From: Thermoplasmata archaeon
GTDB taxonomy: Archaea; Thermoplasmatota; Thermoplasmata; Methanomassiliicoccales; Methanomethylophilaceae
Length of the DNA stretch: 64,000 nucleotides
Direction of reading: 5' to 3'
Assembly (NCBI GenBank): GCA_015063245.1
Contig: SUSV01000003.1
Span: 98,751-162,750 of the forward strand
The position numbers were made by a program, and so were the translations under genes. Positions 49,229-57,803 of this stretch are shown here, piece by piece. Each line of letters begins with the position of its first letter. Position 1 is the first letter of the stretch. The notes under the pieces were generated by a model. That model was not told the DNA's origin and did not search any database. It saw only the letters and a list, made by a program, of their open reading frames with translations.

Positions 49229-49441
49229 ATGGAACGCATTGACCTGGAGAAAGCAAAGATCATCGCAAAGAATAAGGGACTCAAGCCCGGAAATGTCAAG
49301 GGAACGAAAGGTGTCCAATTCACAAAGGGAAACAACGACAGGCTCGTCGTCATCGATTGGGATCAGTTCGAAGCCATCCTCAAGGAGAGAAAACTCGCGA
49401 TCTACGAGTCCGGAGGATGGATGAAGATCATGAAAGCCTGA
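49229..49441 (+). CDS. 70-aa basic hypothetical protein
   Basis: MERIDLEKAKIIAKNKGLKPGNVKGTKGVQFTKGNNDRLVVIDWDQFEAIL...; AT-rich promoter region upstream. Confidence 0.75.
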   Translation: MERIDLEKAKIIAKNKGLKPGNVKGTKGVQFTKGNNDRLVVIDWDQFEAILKERKLAIYESGGWMKIMKA

Positions 49442-49552
49442 TTCGCCTTGCTTTTTCTGATCAATACAAACTACTGTCCCGAGCGGGACAGTTATTTTTT
49501 CTTCTCATTCTATTTTTATACAATGATGTGTTCACCGATATTGGCCTGACGT

Positions 49553-49640
49553 GCAAGGGTATCCGAGCCTGGCCAAAGGAGATAGGTTCAGGGCCTATTC
49601 TCGTAGGAGTTCGAGGGTTCAAATCCCTTCCCTTGCACCA
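49553..49640 (+). tRNA. tRNA-Leu(CAG)
   Basis: Acceptor GCAAGGG/CCCTTGC, ATAGG-TTCAGGG-CCTAT anticodon arm, long variable arm, GGTTCAAATCC, encoded CCA. Confidence 0.95.
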
Positions 49641-49645
49641 CTTAT

Positions 49646-49841
49646 TCTAGTCTGATATCAGTTATTCCATCAAAAGTGACCTGCAAAGTTGCTGAATCTC
49701 GAGAAAGGGATGGATGAAATCTATTGGGGTGTCACCGGCGGCAAGGCGACATTGAAGAAGGTCACAAGGAAGTATCATGAGATGGATCCCGAGGAGCTCC
49801 TGGTCAACGCAAGGAGCAGTATGAGAAGGACAAAGCTCTGA
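49646..49841 (+). pseudogene. Frameshifted, 5'-truncated AbrB/MazE-like gene fragment
   Basis: SSLISVIPSKV (frame from 49646) joins AKLLNLEKGMDEIYWGVTGGKATLKKVTRKY in another frame after about 4 extra nt. Confidence 0.5.
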
Positions 49842-49994
49842 GGGAAGATGTCATCCGAAATAGAGGCAAAATCAATCTCAATTGTTGGGATGAACTCAAT
49901 TCACCCTACCAATACCCTACCAATTTGGTATGGTCATAAGCATCAGATAATGGGCGGGTAGTTTTCTGGGAGTGTTCTTCATCTTTCAATCTGA

Positions 49995-50177
49995 GCCCGT
50001 ATAGGATCGTCTCGTTTGGCAAACTCAGGATATTGGATCAAACGCGGTGTCTCCAAGCTGAAAGAAAGAGGGATCCTCGAAAGGGCCGGTGCGAAGCAAT
50101 CACCAATATGGGAGACACATCTATCAGATAATCCAAATCGATGCGACAACTCTGTTGGACAAGATGGTAATTTGTGA
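49995..50177 (+). pseudogene. Winged-helix C-terminal remnant (Fic/ATPase-HTH type)
   Basis: SRLANSGYWIKRGVSKLKERGILERAGAKQSPIW resembles the C-terminal wHTH of the Fic protein in this window; in-frame stops upstream, no start. Confidence 0.45.
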
Positions 50178-50214
50178 AAAAGGGGGCCGGACCCGGGATA
50201 ATCCGGGACCCGGC
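50178..50214 (-). terminator. Hairpin terminator of the MMPL gene
   Basis: GGCCGG-A-CCCGG/CCGGG-AC-CCGGCC stem; T-tract on minus strand. Confidence 0.5.
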
Positions 50215-50229
50215 CGATTAATCGTTTGC

Positions 50230-52773
50230 TCACTCTTCCTGCTCTGCAGCAGGCTCGGATTTATCCATGGCGCTTCCGTCAGGGTTCATTCCGTGCCTCC
50301 TGGTGAGGAATGCGGGTCCTTTCCAGCTCCAGTCTCCCATGAGGTGCATGAGGGCGGGGCTGACGAATCCGACCATGAGGAGTCCGTCGATCAGGATACC
50401 GACTCCCAGAGCGAATCCGAACTCCTGCAGCATCGAGGAGTTGGCAAGGACCATCGTGAGGAAGGTTCCTCCCATGATCAGCGCACAGAGCGAGATGACG
50501 GGTCCGGCCTCCTTGATGGCCATCGAGATCGCTTCGTGGTTGTCCATTCCCTTGGACTTGTTCTCACGGATCTTGGTGGTGAGGAAGATCTCGTAGTCCA
50601 TTCCGAGTCCGAGGAGGACGACGAACAGGACGATCGGGACCAGGAACAGGACCGGTATTCCGAGCACGGCATCGAACACGATACGGGTCAGAGTGACGGT
50701 GATGATGACGCTCAGCAGAATCGTGAGGATTCCCCTGATGGGTGTGAGATAGCTTCCGAGGATGAAGAACAGCAGGACGATCAGCAATATCGCGACGACG
50801 ATCCTGATGGATCCGAACTGGTCCTCGACCTCCTCAGAGACGTCGAGCATCGATGCGGCTGTACCGGTGACATAGGATTCCTTCCAGAGACCGAGCTTGT
50901 CGTATCCGTTCTTTCCATGGAAGTCATTCCTAAGATCCTCGACGAAGTCCATCGTCTCATCAGACATGGGTTCGTCGTTGGTTATGACCATCATGTTGAC
51001 GTATGATGCGGTGGAATCGAGGATGCTTGTTGAGATGTTCAGGATACCGTCCATGACGTTCTCTATGGTTATCGGGTATGCATCCACCAGTTTGGTATCG
51101 GGTGTAGATCCATATCCTTTCATCTGGAGGATCTGATCGATGTACGGGCTGACCATCGAAGGCATCTGCGATACTATCGCCTGGTTGATTGTGGTCGGAT
51201 CAGTGGATCCGATCTTGGCCGCGGTCATCATATAGATGGCGGACCAGGACTGCGTTCCGCTCATCGTTCCGATGATGGGGTACTTCTCAGAGACTTCCTG
51301 GGAGATTCCCATGATTGCCGGCACCAAATCCTTTCCTTGGTCATTCCAGACGACGTACGGGAGGGTCTGAGTTTCCGACAGCGGCAGCTCGCCGACGGTT
51401 CCGATGGAGTAGCCGAGGTCGAGCACTATGTATGAAGGCATGATCATTCCTCCGCTGGCGTAGGTCATGATCGCGTCCAATCCCTCTGTGGCCTCGGAAT
51501 CGGGCATGACCGAGATCATATCCGCGGAGTCTTCTGTCGTGGCATAGGTGTAGAGCGAAGGCGCTGCAACGAGCACCAATACGACCGCGATGGCGATCGC
51601 ACGCTTCTGTGTGAATGCCGCAAGCCATCCGAAGTACTTCTTGGATAAGCTGGAGAGGCATGCGTGGAGGTTCTTCTTTCCGCCGTTTACGATGGCGTCC
51701 TGCTCTTTCTGATATTTCTCTATGTTCGAAGGCCAGAAGATCTTCTCTCCGACCAGGTTCAGCAGTGCAGGGATGAATGTCAGGGCAGCGAGGAGTGCGA
51801 AGAAGATTCCCACTGCGAGGATGATTCCCATGGTTTGGATCATCGAGAACGTACATATCGCCAACGCGGCGAATCCGATGATGACCGCCACTCCGGATGT
51901 GAAGACAGCTTCACCACCCCACATGACTGCCTCACGGAGAGCCTCGTCATGGGTGTGGCCCTTCTTGCGCTCATCTCTGTACCGAGTGATGATGAAGATG
52001 GCGTAGTCGCATCCTGCTCCGAGCATGGATACGAGGATGAGGACCTGCGTGATGTAGAACACATCGAATATGCTTCCGACGACGTAGAGGACCATCAGGA
52101 CGACTACATAGGCCATTCCGACGACCGCGGGGGGCACAAGTGCTGTGACCAATGCGTAGAAGAACAGTCCCAGCAGGATGAAGATGAGTGCGATGCTGAG
52201 GGGGTCGACCTTCGAGACATCCTCCATGGATGACTTCTCGGTATCATAGGAGATGGCCGCGTTTCCGGTCACGTATGTGGTGAAGGAGATGCCGACACTG
52301 TTCTTGACCTCTTTCTTCGCATCGCTTACGATGTCCCTGATATCTCCGGTCTCCTTGGAGACGTTCATATCGCTTTCTGCCTGCTTGTAGATGGCGACCA
52401 TGGCAGCCCCGCCGGTCTTACCGGTTTGGGTGTAGGTTCCATACCATGAGGCGTACAGTTCTCCGTCATACTCGTCTGCGAGTTTGTCAGAGAATGTGCT
52501 GTACAGAAGCTGTGCGGCCTCGATCTGGGATTCATCCTCATAAACGATGACGAGGATATCATCTGGGCTGGTCGTAGTCGATGTGAAATAATCACTGATT
52601 ATAGCTTGACCCTCGCTTGATTCCGTCGATGAGCCAGACATCTCAGTCATGTCATAGACGAGGACGTCCCCGCTCTTCAGCGCGAAACCCGCTGAAGCAG
52701 CGAGGAGGATTATCCAAACCAGGATCACAGCTTTGGAATGTTTGCTGATCAAATTTGCCAAACCTGCGAACAT
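50230..52773 (-). CDS. MMPL/RND-family transporter
   Basis: Two repeats, each TM plus large extracellular loop plus 5 TM; GAGCDYAIF and GLGMDYEIF motifs; ATG 52773. Confidence 0.9.
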   Translation of the reverse strand: MFAGLANLISKHSKAVILVWIILLAASAGFALKSGDVLVYDMTEMSGSSTESSEGQAIISDYFTSTTTSPDDILVIVYEDESQIEAAQLLYSTFSDKLADEYDGELYASWYGTYTQTGKTGGAAMVAIYKQAESDMNVSKETGDIRDIVSDAKKEVKNSVGISFTTYVTGNAAISYDTEKSSMEDVSKVDPLSIALIFILLGLFFYALVTALVPPAVVGMAYVVVLMVLYVVGSIFDVFYITQVLILVSMLGAGCDYAIFIITRYRDERKKGHTHDEALREAVMWGGEAVFTSGVAVIIGFAALAICTFSMIQTMGIILAVGIFFALLAALTFIPALLNLVGEKIFWPSNIEKYQKEQDAIVNGGKKNLHACLSSLSKKYFGWLAAFTQKRAIAIAVVLVLVAAPSLYTYATTEDSADMISVMPDSEATEGLDAIMTYASGGMIMPSYIVLDLGYSIGTVGELPLSETQTLPYVVWNDQGKDLVPAIMGISQEVSEKYPIIGTMSGTQSWSAIYMMTAAKIGSTDPTTINQAIVSQMPSMVSPYIDQILQMKGYGSTPDTKLVDAYPITIENVMDGILNISTSILDSTASYVNMMVITNDEPMSDETMDFVEDLRNDFHGKNGYDKLGLWKESYVTGTAASMLDVSEEVEDQFGSIRIVVAILLIVLLFFILGSYLTPIRGILTILLSVIITVTLTRIVFDAVLGIPVLFLVPIVLFVVLLGLGMDYEIFLTTKIRENKSKGMDNHEAISMAIKEAGPVISLCALIMGGTFLTMVLANSSMLQEFGFALGVGILIDGLLMVGFVSPALMHLMGDWSWKGPAFLTRRHGMNPDGSAMDKSEPAAEQEE

Positions 52774-52782
52774 AGGTTCACC

Positions 52783-52798
52783 TTTGAGCACGCTCAAA
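52783..52798. promoter_or_regulatory. Palindromic operator 1 (TTTGAGC-AC-GCTCAAA)
   Basis: Perfect 7-2-7 inverted repeat 10 nt upstream of the MMPL ATG. Confidence 0.7.
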
Positions 52799-52820
52799 GA
52801 AACTGTGATATTTAACGATT

Positions 52821-52836
52821 TTTGAACACGTTCAAA
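52821..52836. promoter_or_regulatory. Palindromic operator 2 (TTTGAAC-AC-GTTCAAA)
   Basis: Perfect 7-2-7 inverted repeat differing from operator 1 by a compensating pair of changes; TATA-like TTAAATAT (minus strand, 52808-15) lies between them. Confidence 0.7.
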
Positions 52837-52914
52837 GAATACTTCATAACACACGAAAAGAATCGTTTGCCAGCCAGGTACTTTTAAAAACTGGATAGTC
52901 AAATCGTATCGGCG

Positions 52915-53586
52915 ATGACGCCTGTCAGGAAAAGGATCAAGTCTCGTTCCGAGCGCAAGGAGGAGCTAAGGGCACGTATTATCAGCGAGTCCCTGCATCT
53001 GTTCCTTGACCAGGGATATGATCAGACCACCATGCGTCAGATCCTCCAGAAGACAGGAATCCTGAACGGAAGCCTGTACAATGTTTTCAAGGGGAAGGAC
53101 GAGATCTATTCCGCCGTGCTCGAGGAGGCGCTGTTCGAGGCCTTGGATGAGGCCCAGAACATCCTCGGAGAGGGATGCGATGACATCATGAAGATCAACT
53201 TCCCGTTCATCCTCGAGATGTACGCCGCCAGCAAGTCCAAGAAGATCGCTTCGCTGGTCTCGGTAGGGTTCCAGAGGCCGTTGGTCAGGGAGAAGATCGT
53301 CAACTATGTCTACGACAGTCTGATGTCCTTCAAGGATATAACGAGCGTAATGTCCGAGGACATGGTCCGCTTCAAGTCCGAGATCGTCGTCGGAGCGCTG
53401 GGGTCAGTCATCAGCCTCTACGAGAGAGGGGACGTCAGCATCAGGCTCGAGGACGTGGTGGACTCGTTCACCAGATCCATGATCATGCTCTTCGATTACG
53501 ATGCCAATAACGTGGACATTACAAACTCCAAGCTGCTGGAGATCATCAAGGAGAACGACATCGAGATCTGCGGCATAAAGATCTGA
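52915..53586 (+). CDS. TetR/AcrR-family transcriptional regulator
   Basis: SLHLFLDQGYDQTTMRQILQKTGILNGSLYNVFKGKDEI; divergent from MMPL. Confidence 0.92.
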   Translation: MTPVRKRIKSRSERKEELRARIISESLHLFLDQGYDQTTMRQILQKTGILNGSLYNVFKGKDEIYSAVLEEALFEALDEAQNILGEGCDDIMKINFPFILEMYAASKSKKIASLVSVGFQRPLVREKIVNYVYDSLMSFKDITSVMSEDMVRFKSEIVVGALGSVISLYERGDVSIRLEDVVDSFTRSMIMLFDYDANNVDITNSKLLEIIKENDIEICGIKI

Positions 53587-53844
53587 TCAGATCATCGCGA
53601 TGACAGCGCCGGACACGACTATCGCCATGACCAGTCCCGCGATCCCGGCCCAGAACCAATCCTTCTCGGTCACCAGGCCTATGAATGTGACGACAACGGC
53701 GAACAGGGGCGATGATATCAGGATCAGCAGACCCCAGTAGAGAAGGTCGTTATCGTCGGATATCGCAAGCCCGGCTGCTATGAGGACCAATCCTATCACT
53801 ATCCCGATGCGGAGGGTCCATGCCGTTGCCTTGTTCATGTTCAC
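53587..53844 (-). CDS. Small membrane protein (DUF1634-like partner of TauE)
   Basis: LRIG...GLLILISSPLFAVV...EKDW; GTGA overlap with the TauE stop. Confidence 0.7.
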   Translation of the reverse strand: MNMNKATAWTLRIGIVIGLVLIAAGLAISDDNDLLYWGLLILISSPLFAVVVTFIGLVTEKDWFWAGIAGLVMAIVVSGAVIAMI

Positions 53845-54662
53845 AGTATCCCTCCAACACGGAGAAGCACCAGAGCGGACATGAACAGCAGCACCACCGA
53901 GAAGTATCTCCTGAGATGCTTGGTGTTGAGCCTTCTGGCAAGATATGATCCGGCAAGCGCTCCGATGAACGCACCGATCGCCACAGCGCCTGCGAACGCG
54001 AGGTCAAGGTGCCCGCTGAAGAAGTAGGTGATGGCACCCGAGAACGCCGTTATCCCGATCATGTAGCTGCTGGTGGAGCTGGCAGCCTTCATGGGCACAT
54101 GCATGATGAGGTTCATCACAGGGACCTTGATGGCTCCCCCTCCGACACCGGTCATGGATGACATCATTCCGGCGAACACGCATGCCGCTCCTCCGGCGCC
54201 GGTGTTCTGGACCTCATATGATATGTCATCGTCGTTGGCCTCATCCTTATAGGTGAAGCACATGCGCCCTTCTCCGTCCTTGGGTTCCACGACCTTCTCG
54301 GGGCTCAGGATCATCCTCACGGCGCTGTAGATCATCACTGCGCAGAAGATGAGGCTGAGGATCCAATCCTCCATGTATCCCGCTATTATCGCCCCGGCTA
54401 TCGCTCCTATCGTCGTGGTCACCTCGAGAAGCAACCCAAGACGAACGTTCGCCAATCCTTTCTCTATGAAGACGCTCGACGCCCCCACAGAACCGGCCAC
54501 GATCCCGACAAGGCTGACAGCGGCAGCGTCCGCTGGGGCCAAGCCGAACACGAGCATCAGCACGGGGACGAAGATCACTCCGCCTCCGAGACCGAACAGT
54601 GCTCCCATGATCCCGGCTCCCGCACCGAGGGCTATCAGACCGATAAGGATCAGGATCTCCAT
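53841..54662 (-). CDS. TauE/SafE (TSUP) family transporter
   Basis: GALFGLGGGVIFVP, GVGGGAIKVP...PMKAASSTS repeats; real start ATG 54662. Confidence 0.9.
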   Translation of the reverse strand: MEILILIGLIALGAGAGIMGALFGLGGGVIFVPVLMLVFGLAPADAAAVSLVGIVAGSVGASSVFIEKGLANVRLGLLLEVTTTIGAIAGAIIAGYMEDWILSLIFCAVMIYSAVRMILSPEKVVEPKDGEGRMCFTYKDEANDDDISYEVQNTGAGGAACVFAGMMSSMTGVGGGAIKVPVMNLIMHVPMKAASSTSSYMIGITAFSGAITYFFSGHLDLAFAGAVAIGAFIGALAGSYLARRLNTKHLRRYFSVVLLFMSALVLLRVGGIL

Positions 54663-54720
54663 GAAGTTTCCTAATGTATCGTCCGATATAGTTTTATTCG
54701 GTTGGCGGATTGTTCGTACC

Positions 54721-55566
54721 GTGGCCATATTATTGCTAAGATACGCTGAGATCGGTCTCAAGAGCACACCGGTCCGCAGGAGATTCGAGAGCACTCTGAA
54801 GGACAATCTCCTCAACATGCTGATGGAGGACGGGGTCGAAGCGCTCGTCACCAACAAAGGTGCCAGGTTCTATGTCGAGGCCACTGACATTGATGCTGCG
54901 GCGAGATCCATCAGGAAGGTGTTCGGCATCGCATCTTTCTCCGTTGCGGAGGAATGCACATCGAAGATGGAGGATATGTGCGCTGTCGCAGCAGAGTATT
55001 CCCTCTCTAGGTTGAAGGAGGGGCAGTCCTTCGCGGTGAAGGCACGCAGGGAAGGTTCCCAGGGCTATACGAGTCTCGACATGGGACGTGAGATCGGTTC
55101 GGCGATATTCCTTGCAAACGAGGATAAAGGCGTCAAGGTGGATCTTACAGATCCCGAGGTCACTTTCTATGCGGAGGCCCGCGACAACCGTGCATTCATC
55201 TTCCAGGAGTATGTCAAGTGCCATGCAGGTCTGCCTGTGGGGACTCAGGGGAAGGTCATCGCCACAATCGATGGTTCCGACAGGTCCCTGGTATCCGCAT
55301 GGCTGATGATGAAGCGCGGATGCAGGATCATGGTGGAGGGCGACGGCGATTATTCCCCTCTGAAGCAGTACGACACGTATCTGAGGCCCTTCGATCCCGA
55401 CAGGGACGACAAGAGGAGGATACTCGGTCACGTCATGGGGACCGATCTCGAAGGGATAAAGGACGTGGACGTCTCCAAGTACGACATACCCGTGTTCTTC
55501 CCGACCATCGGCATGACCGATGACGAGGTCTCGGCCCTTGCCGAGATCATCCGCAGCGGCCTCTGA
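54721..55566 (+). CDS. ThiI N-terminal half: NFLD plus THUMP with degenerate PP-loop
   Basis: LLRYAEIGLKS...RRFESTL..N, KVFGIASFS, SFAVKARR, VDLTDPEV, GLPVGTQGKV, then TIDGSDRS instead of SGGxDS; GTG 54721. Confidence 0.85.
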   Translation: MAILLLRYAEIGLKSTPVRRRFESTLKDNLLNMLMEDGVEALVTNKGARFYVEATDIDAAARSIRKVFGIASFSVAEECTSKMEDMCAVAAEYSLSRLKEGQSFAVKARREGSQGYTSLDMGREIGSAIFLANEDKGVKVDLTDPEVTFYAEARDNRAFIFQEYVKCHAGLPVGTQGKVIATIDGSDRSLVSAWLMMKRGCRIMVEGDGDYSPLKQYDTYLRPFDPDRDDKRRILGHVMGTDLEGIKDVDVSKYDIPVFFPTIGMTDDEVSALAEIIRSGL

Positions 55567-55569
55567 GGA

Positions 55570-57348
55570 TCAGTGTACCGAAGGTTCGGTATCTTCCGTA
55601 TCGTCCAATTCGGGCAGTGCGGGACCTTTCCTTCCGGACTTGTACTTCCAGAACTGATATACACCCAGCACGGTCAGAAGCACTGCCGAGACAATGATGT
55701 GCTCTATGTTATCTATGCCGTTGGGCACCAGAAGGACGATGATGATGTCGATGATGGCGCCTACGATCACCGGGTTCATGGCCTCATAGAACTTGACCTT
55801 GGTCTTATCGGCGATCATGTGGACGTCGTATGAGACGCTCTCCATATTCTGCTTTCCGGAGTCTATGACATAGATGGCGAGACGCAGCGATCTGATTAGT
55901 GCGAAGCATGGGTAAAGGAGGACTCCCAGGTTCAGCACGAGTATGGCGAGTCTCCATTCAGCATCGCCCATCCCGAACCTGCTGATGAGCCATTCGCATG
56001 CGGGGTCGTAGCTGTAGTAGAATATGGCCTGGATGATGGCGATCAGGATTACGAGGGAATAGACGTTGGTCAGTCCCTTGGTCAGGACGCTGATGGCCTT
56101 GGATGACATCGTGTTGAGTCCGTCGTACACCGCATCCCTGCGACGGGTGAGCCAGCTGTGGATTTTTACCAGTATCTTGGGCATATGCCTGCTGGCGAAA
56201 TCGTATGTCTTGTCCGCTTTCATGGTCAGGATCGGAAGGAGGATCATGCTGACCAATGCGGCCCCGATAACCGAAGAGTAGAACGCCTCATCGACGACGC
56301 CGTTGTTGAGCGCCTCCTTGGCGATGATGAATGCGAACTCTCCCATGGCACAAAGCGCTACGGAGGAGAGGAAGCCGCTGCGGCTGTCCCCGTTCCCTAT
56401 CCAGTATCCGAGGCCGACGGTGATGAACTTGAAGAAGATGAACGACCCTGCGATGATCAGAATGAGGGTGATGTTGTCCACGAGGGATGACAGTGTGACC
56501 TCCATTCCGACCGATATGAAGAACATGGACATGAACAGGATCTTCAGCGGTTCGACGAAGTGTTCCACTGCCTCCTTGGGCTTGGTGCATCCCACGAATA
56601 TTCCTACCAGGAATGCTCCGATAGCAACAGACAGACCCATCCCGTTGGCCGCCCATGCGAGCGTGAATGCGGCACCGATGCACAGCAGGGAGATCAGCTC
56701 ATCGTTCGTCCTCTTGTACCAATAGTCGATGACCCTCGGGACTATGTACAGTCCGAGGGTGAAGCAGGCGATCATGAAGATGGTGATTCCCATGATGAGC
56801 TGTATCATCGCATCGAGGCTCATCTCGCTGCCGCCCAGCATGGGCGTCAGCATCGATAGCATGATGACCTGTCCGATATCCTCCATGATGGTTATGAGGA
56901 TGAGGAGGTCGATGTGTTCCTGATCAAGCGTTCCCTGCGATTTCAATGTCGCAAGGACCGCTGCGGTACTGGATCCGGAGATGATGCATCCTAGCGTGAT
57001 GGACTGGAGCGTTGTGAATCCCAGAATCATCCCCACGGTGAATCCGCCTAGGACCATGAGCGGGAGCTGCACCGCGGACACTATGATGGCGAACCTGCCC
57101 TGCGTCTTCAGTTTGCGCAGGTCGATCTCCATTCCGATGGAGAACATCAGCAGGATCAATCCGAGGTTGGACAGCACCTCGACGATGATGTTGATGTCGT
57201 CGCTGACCTCTACATAGTTCGCAATGATGATCCCGGCAAGAAGGAATCCGATAAGCGCGGGGAATTTCAGTTTCCCCAGGACGATCGAGCAGAAAGCCGA
57301 CAGTAGAACCAATATCGCCATTGACGAAATGAGCACGATCTCTTCCAT
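55570..57348 (-). CDS. Cation:proton antiporter (CPA2-like) with membrane C-terminal extension
   Basis: GLILLMFSIGME, SSTAAVL, MEDIG, GAFLVG, FFISVGM, GEFAFIIA. Confidence 0.88.
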   Translation of the reverse strand: MEEIVLISSMAILVLLSAFCSIVLGKLKFPALIGFLLAGIIIANYVEVSDDINIIVEVLSNLGLILLMFSIGMEIDLRKLKTQGRFAIIVSAVQLPLMVLGGFTVGMILGFTTLQSITLGCIISGSSTAAVLATLKSQGTLDQEHIDLLILITIMEDIGQVIMLSMLTPMLGGSEMSLDAMIQLIMGITIFMIACFTLGLYIVPRVIDYWYKRTNDELISLLCIGAAFTLAWAANGMGLSVAIGAFLVGIFVGCTKPKEAVEHFVEPLKILFMSMFFISVGMEVTLSSLVDNITLILIIAGSFIFFKFITVGLGYWIGNGDSRSGFLSSVALCAMGEFAFIIAKEALNNGVVDEAFYSSVIGAALVSMILLPILTMKADKTYDFASRHMPKILVKIHSWLTRRRDAVYDGLNTMSSKAISVLTKGLTNVYSLVILIAIIQAIFYYSYDPACEWLISRFGMGDAEWRLAILVLNLGVLLYPCFALIRSLRLAIYVIDSGKQNMESVSYDVHMIADKTKVKFYEAMNPVIVGAIIDIIIVLLVPNGIDNIEHIIVSAVLLTVLGVYQFWKYKSGRKGPALPELDDTEDTEPSVH

Positions 57349-57437
57349 GGGGAGTCACTGTTGAACACAGTGTAAGTAAACGCCTATTAAATCATTGCCC
57401 AAAACAAGTAGAAAGGAAAATGTAAGAAGTTTGAGTT

Positions 57438-57453
57438 TGCCCCCGAAGGGGCA
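57438..57453 (-). terminator. Hairpin downstream of the TM2 gene
   Basis: TGCCCC-CGAA-GGGGCA. Confidence 0.45.
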
Positions 57454-57461
57454 GAAAGGTT

Positions 57462-57695
57462 TCACAGGAAGTCAAAGAATCCTGAAGGGATTGTGATTTC
57501 CTTGTTGGAATCCGACTCGAGCTTGATGATGTCGAAGATGAATTCGACAAGGGACACGATGAATCCGAGTCCGATCAAGCTAATCACGATGTGGACGATT
57601 CCAGGAACGATCCTTCCGTTGATGAACTTGTGGATTCCAAGCCATCCGAGGAAGAAAACGATCACGAGGTACAACACTTTGTTCATTTTGTCCAT
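57462..57695 (-). CDS. TM2/NINE-domain small membrane protein
   Basis: FFLGWLGIHKFINGRIVPGIVHI motif. Confidence 0.85.
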   Translation of the reverse strand: MDKMNKVLYLVIVFFLGWLGIHKFINGRIVPGIVHIVISLIGLGFIVSLVEFIFDIIKLESDSNKEITIPSGFFDFL

Positions 57696-57803
57696 TGGAT
57701 TAACCTCTAGACCCAGTTATCACTTAGGATTATTTATAGATTAAATCCAAAATTCAGAAAATTCCGACAAAGGACGAAGTGTTTTGGACCCATTATTAAC
57801 AAA

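Noticed and set aside
54349-54857. Apparent long head-to-head overlap of TauE and THUMP ORFs
   Set aside because: Homology-consistent starts are 54662 (minus) and 54721 (plus), so there is no real overlap
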